DNA of 41,432 nucleotides from a virus: UHGV virus genome UHGV-1461890; one strand, 5' to 3'. Shown piece by piece: positions 39,486 to 41,432 of this stretch (position 1 is its first letter; each line of letters starts with the position of its first letter). The notes under the pieces were generated by a model. It saw only the letters and a program-made list of their open reading frames with translations, ran no database searches and was not told where the DNA came from. The position numbers and the translations under genes were made by a program.

Positions 39486-40199
39486 ATGAGTGATACCATG
39501 AGTCTCTTTGACCTCCTCCCTGAAGAAGAGGCACAGTATTTTAAAAAGCAAAAGTCAACCGATTGGAAATGGACCATGGCAAATGACTATCCAAAAGAGA
39601 AAAATGGTCTCAAAGTGTTTAGTTGTTTTGCTTGTGGTGGTGGCTCTACTATGGGATATAAGTTAGCTGGTTGTGAGGTTTTAGGGTGTGTAGAAATAGA
39701 CCCTAAAATGAACGAGGTCTACATAAAAAACCATAATCCTAAGCATAACTTTCTTATGGATATAAGAAAATTTAACAAAATTCCTAATGAGAAACTGCCT
39801 GAAGAATTATTTAACCTTGATATACTCGATGGCTCTCCCCCCTGCACTACTTTCTCTATGGCTGGTGAACGAGAGGAAAGTTGGGGCAAGAAAAAGAAAT
39901 TTAGAGAAGGACAGGCTGAACAAACTCTTGATGATTTATCCTTTGTATTCATTGAAACGGTTGCAAAGTTAAGACCTAAAGTAATGATTATGGAGAATGT
40001 TGAAGGTCTTATAAAAGGTGAGGCGTGGAGCTATGTGCAGAGGATATATCAGCAATTAAATGATATAGGCTATCAAGTTAAGCATTGGTTATGTAAAGCT
40101 CATCTTATGGGTGTTCCACAACGAAGAAATCGAGTATTTTTTATAGCTTTGAGAGAAGACGTTGATTACGATTTGTGGGATTTAGATATCCCAAGATAA
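39486..40199 (+). CDS. DNA (cytosine-5) methyltransferase, N-terminal half only (motifs I-VIII); truncated or split
   Basis: Motif I FSCFACGGGS, motif IV GSPPCTTFS, motif VI MIMENVEGL and motif VIII QRRNRVFFIA. The ORF stops 23 residues after motif VIII. No TRD, motif IX or GNxV motif X was seen in any frame downstream. Confidence 0.7.
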   Translation: MSDTMSLFDLLPEEEAQYFKKQKSTDWKWTMANDYPKEKNGLKVFSCFACGGGSTMGYKLAGCEVLGCVEIDPKMNEVYIKNHNPKHNFLMDIRKFNKIPNEKLPEELFNLDILDGSPPCTTFSMAGEREESWGKKKKFREGQAEQTLDDLSFVFIETVAKLRPKVMIMENVEGLIKGEAWSYVQRIYQQLNDIGYQVKHWLCKAHLMGVPQRRNRVFFIALREDVDYDLWDLDIPR

Positions 40200-40267
40200 A
40201 TACTTTAGGTGGGAAATGTTAGATAAACCACTTCAATATAAAATTATGTTTTAAAGGAGGCTGAGTG

Positions 40268-41014
40268 ATGGCAAACAAAAGAATGTTTTCAATGGACATA
40301 GCAGATAGTGATGCTTTTTTAGAGATGCCGCTATCTTCTCAGGCTTTATATTTTCATCTTTCGATGAGAGCAGATGACGATGGGTTTGTAAAGAATCCAA
40401 AGAAAACACAAAGGATAATAGGCGCTTCCGATGATGATTTAAAGATACTTATAGCGAAGAGATTTATTCTTCCTTTTGATTCAGGAATCGTAGTTATAAA
40501 GCATTGGAAAATCAATAATACCATTCGTTCTGACCGATACAAACCAACCACATATATTGAAGAAAAATCAATGCTGGTTGTTAAAGAAAACGGTGCCTAT
40601 ACGGAGGCTAAAAATCTTGGTATACCAAGTGGTATACCAAATGACAACCAAGTGGGTGACAGTTGGTTACCACAGTATAGTATAGGTAAGAGTAGTATAG
40701 ATTTAGGTAAGTATAGTTGTAGTTGTAGTAGCGAAAATGACAACCACAACAACAGCGACTTTCCCACAAAAAATGATGAGTTTTCCACCGACTTATCCAC
40801 CAATAGCCAATTTGAACTGCAAAACGGAAGTCTCGGAAGAGGTGTTGTTCTTCTCACACCTGAGCAGGATGAGGCTCTACTAGATAAGTTAGGCTTCGAT
40901 GGATACAACCACTATGTATCTAAACTTGCTGACTTCATTATTGAGAAGGAAGCAAAGGTAGGTAACCATTATGCAACCATACTCAAGTGGGCAAGAGAGG
41001 ATTCTAAACTTTAA
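40268..41014 (+). CDS. Phage replisome organiser (DnaD-like N-terminal domain)
   Basis: KRMFSMDIADSDAFLEMPLSSQALYFHLSMRADDDGFV signature. The ATG at 40268 lies 7 nt after AAAGGAGG. Confidence 0.75.
   Translation: MANKRMFSMDIADSDAFLEMPLSSQALYFHLSMRADDDGFVKNPKKTQRIIGASDDDLKILIAKRFILPFDSGIVVIKHWKINNTIRSDRYKPTTYIEEKSMLVVKENGAYTEAKNLGIPSGIPNDNQVGDSWLPQYSIGKSSIDLGKYSCSCSSENDNHNNSDFPTKNDEFSTDLSTNSQFELQNGSLGRGVVLLTPEQDEALLDKLGFDGYNHYVSKLADFIIEKEAKVGNHYATILKWAREDSKL
40617..40760. repeat. Cluster of palindromes and direct/inverted repeats inside the replisome-organiser gene (ori candidate)
   Basis: 12-bp palindrome ttggtataccaa at 40617-40628, with tggtatacca again at 40630-39. aaccaa/ttggtt arms. 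taggtaag twice. gttgtagttgt and acaaccacaac form a near-perfect inverted pair. Confidence 0.4.
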
Positions 41015-41064
41015 ATAATGCTGAGGCATTAAAAAATAAAAATTAAAACTAAGGAGAAAAAATT

Positions 41065-41352
41065 ATGTTAAACAAGAAAGTAATTATCAGAGCAGACAGA
41101 GCAGGAGTTTTCTTTGGAACACTCAAAAAGAAAAACGGCACAGAAGTAACCCTTAGCGATTGTCGCAGATTATGGTATTGGGATGGTGCTGCAAGTTTAT
41201 CACAGTTAGCGGTTGATGGAACTAATAACCCAAGAGAGTGTAAATTCACCGTAACTGTACCCGAAATAATCATAACAGGTGTGATTGAAATTATCCCTTG
41301 CACAGATAAGGCGATTGAATCTATTGAGGGTGTAAAGGAATGGAAAAGATAA
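41065..41352 (+). CDS. Conserved hypothetical 95-aa phage protein
   Basis: AAGGAG RBS. The RRLWYWDGAASLSQLAVDG motif recalls a recurrent phage family of unknown function. Confidence 0.55.
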   Translation: MLNKKVIIRADRAGVFFGTLKKKNGTEVTLSDCRRLWYWDGAASLSQLAVDGTNNPRECKFTVTVPEIIITGVIEIIPCTDKAIESIEGVKEWKR

Positions 41353-41432
41353 AAGAATTTTTAAAAATTGAACTTGGCTCTGGCTCTGGCTATGGCTCTG
41401 GCTCTGGCGATGGCTCTGGCTATGGCTATGGC
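41340..41432 (+). CDS. N-terminal part of the Gly/Ser/Asp/Tyr-repeat protein; the 3' end runs off the right edge
   Basis: The ATG at 41340 overlaps the end of the upstream gene. Reads MEKIKEFLKIELGSGSGYGSGSGDGSGYGYG and is still open at nt 41432. Confidence 0.6.
   Translation, partial: MEKIKEFLKIELGSGSGYGSGSGDGSGYGYG
41376..41432 (+). repeat. In-frame GGC-TCT/GAT/TAT triplet-based tandem repeat at the right edge
   Basis: Sequence ggctctggctctggctatggctctggctctggcgatggctctggctatggctatggc. Same repeat family as 1-47. Confidence 0.9.

Larger units (their letters stand above)
1..41432. mobile_element. Temperate tailed-phage genome, apparently complete and circularly permuted in this window
   Basis: Uninterrupted phage modules: early genes, terminase, portal, capsid, virion proteins, lysis, serine integrase, CI/Cro-type switch, recombination and replication. 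No bacterial housekeeping genes at either edge. One gene is split across the two window ends. Confidence 0.85.

Noticed and set aside
1-41432. tRNA, rRNA, CRISPR arrays, transposases or IS elements
   Set aside because: Intergenic gaps are short and are accounted for by hairpins and promoters. I recognised no cloverleaf-like sequence, repeat-spacer array or transposase motif. A tRNA scan was not run and would be the formal check.

Overview
The window reads as one complete or nearly complete ~41.4-kb temperate tailed-phage genome from a low-GC Gram-positive (Firmicutes-type) host. It is laid out as a permuted circle. A Gly/Ser/Asp/Tyr-repeat gene starts at 41340 and runs off the right edge, and its C-terminal part runs in from the left edge to 518. 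Gene order: (1) small early genes, many Cys-rich, 515-3289. (2) Packaging and head module 3398-9949: TerS, TerL, portal, a phage-encoded Prp-type cysteine protease, scaffold and major capsid. (3) Virion genes 10006-15901 with no recognisable tail tube, sheath or tape-measure chaperone pair. (4) One uninterrupted 3782-aa ORF (15917-27265, about 27% of the genome) that looks like a polyvalent, probably virion-delivered, multi-enzyme protein. (5) Fibres 27338-30290. (6) An XkdX-like/CBM-like protein, two small membrane proteins and an amidase-SPOR endolysin, 30303-31893. (7) An attP-type intergenic region. (8) A minus-strand lysogeny operon 34866-32111: HTH-coiled-coil regulator, very low-GC 2-TM protein, 4xCxxC zinc-ribbon protein and a large serine integrase. 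(9) A CI/Cro-type switch with four operator-like repeats. (10) YqaJ exonuclease, RecT, SSB, a C5 cytosine methyltransferase lacking its C-terminal half, and a replisome organiser with ori-like repeats. Best leads: the polyvalent giant protein and its unassigned central module; the low-GC membrane/zinc-ribbon cassette co-transcribed with the integrase; the phage Prp with NLQLF leader motifs on scaffold and capsid, plus a similar motif inside the portal; an orphan promoter firing antisense into the repressor gene; and small early genes exactly bracketed by direct repeats of their gene-junction sequence. All family assignments come from reading motifs by eye; no database search was run.
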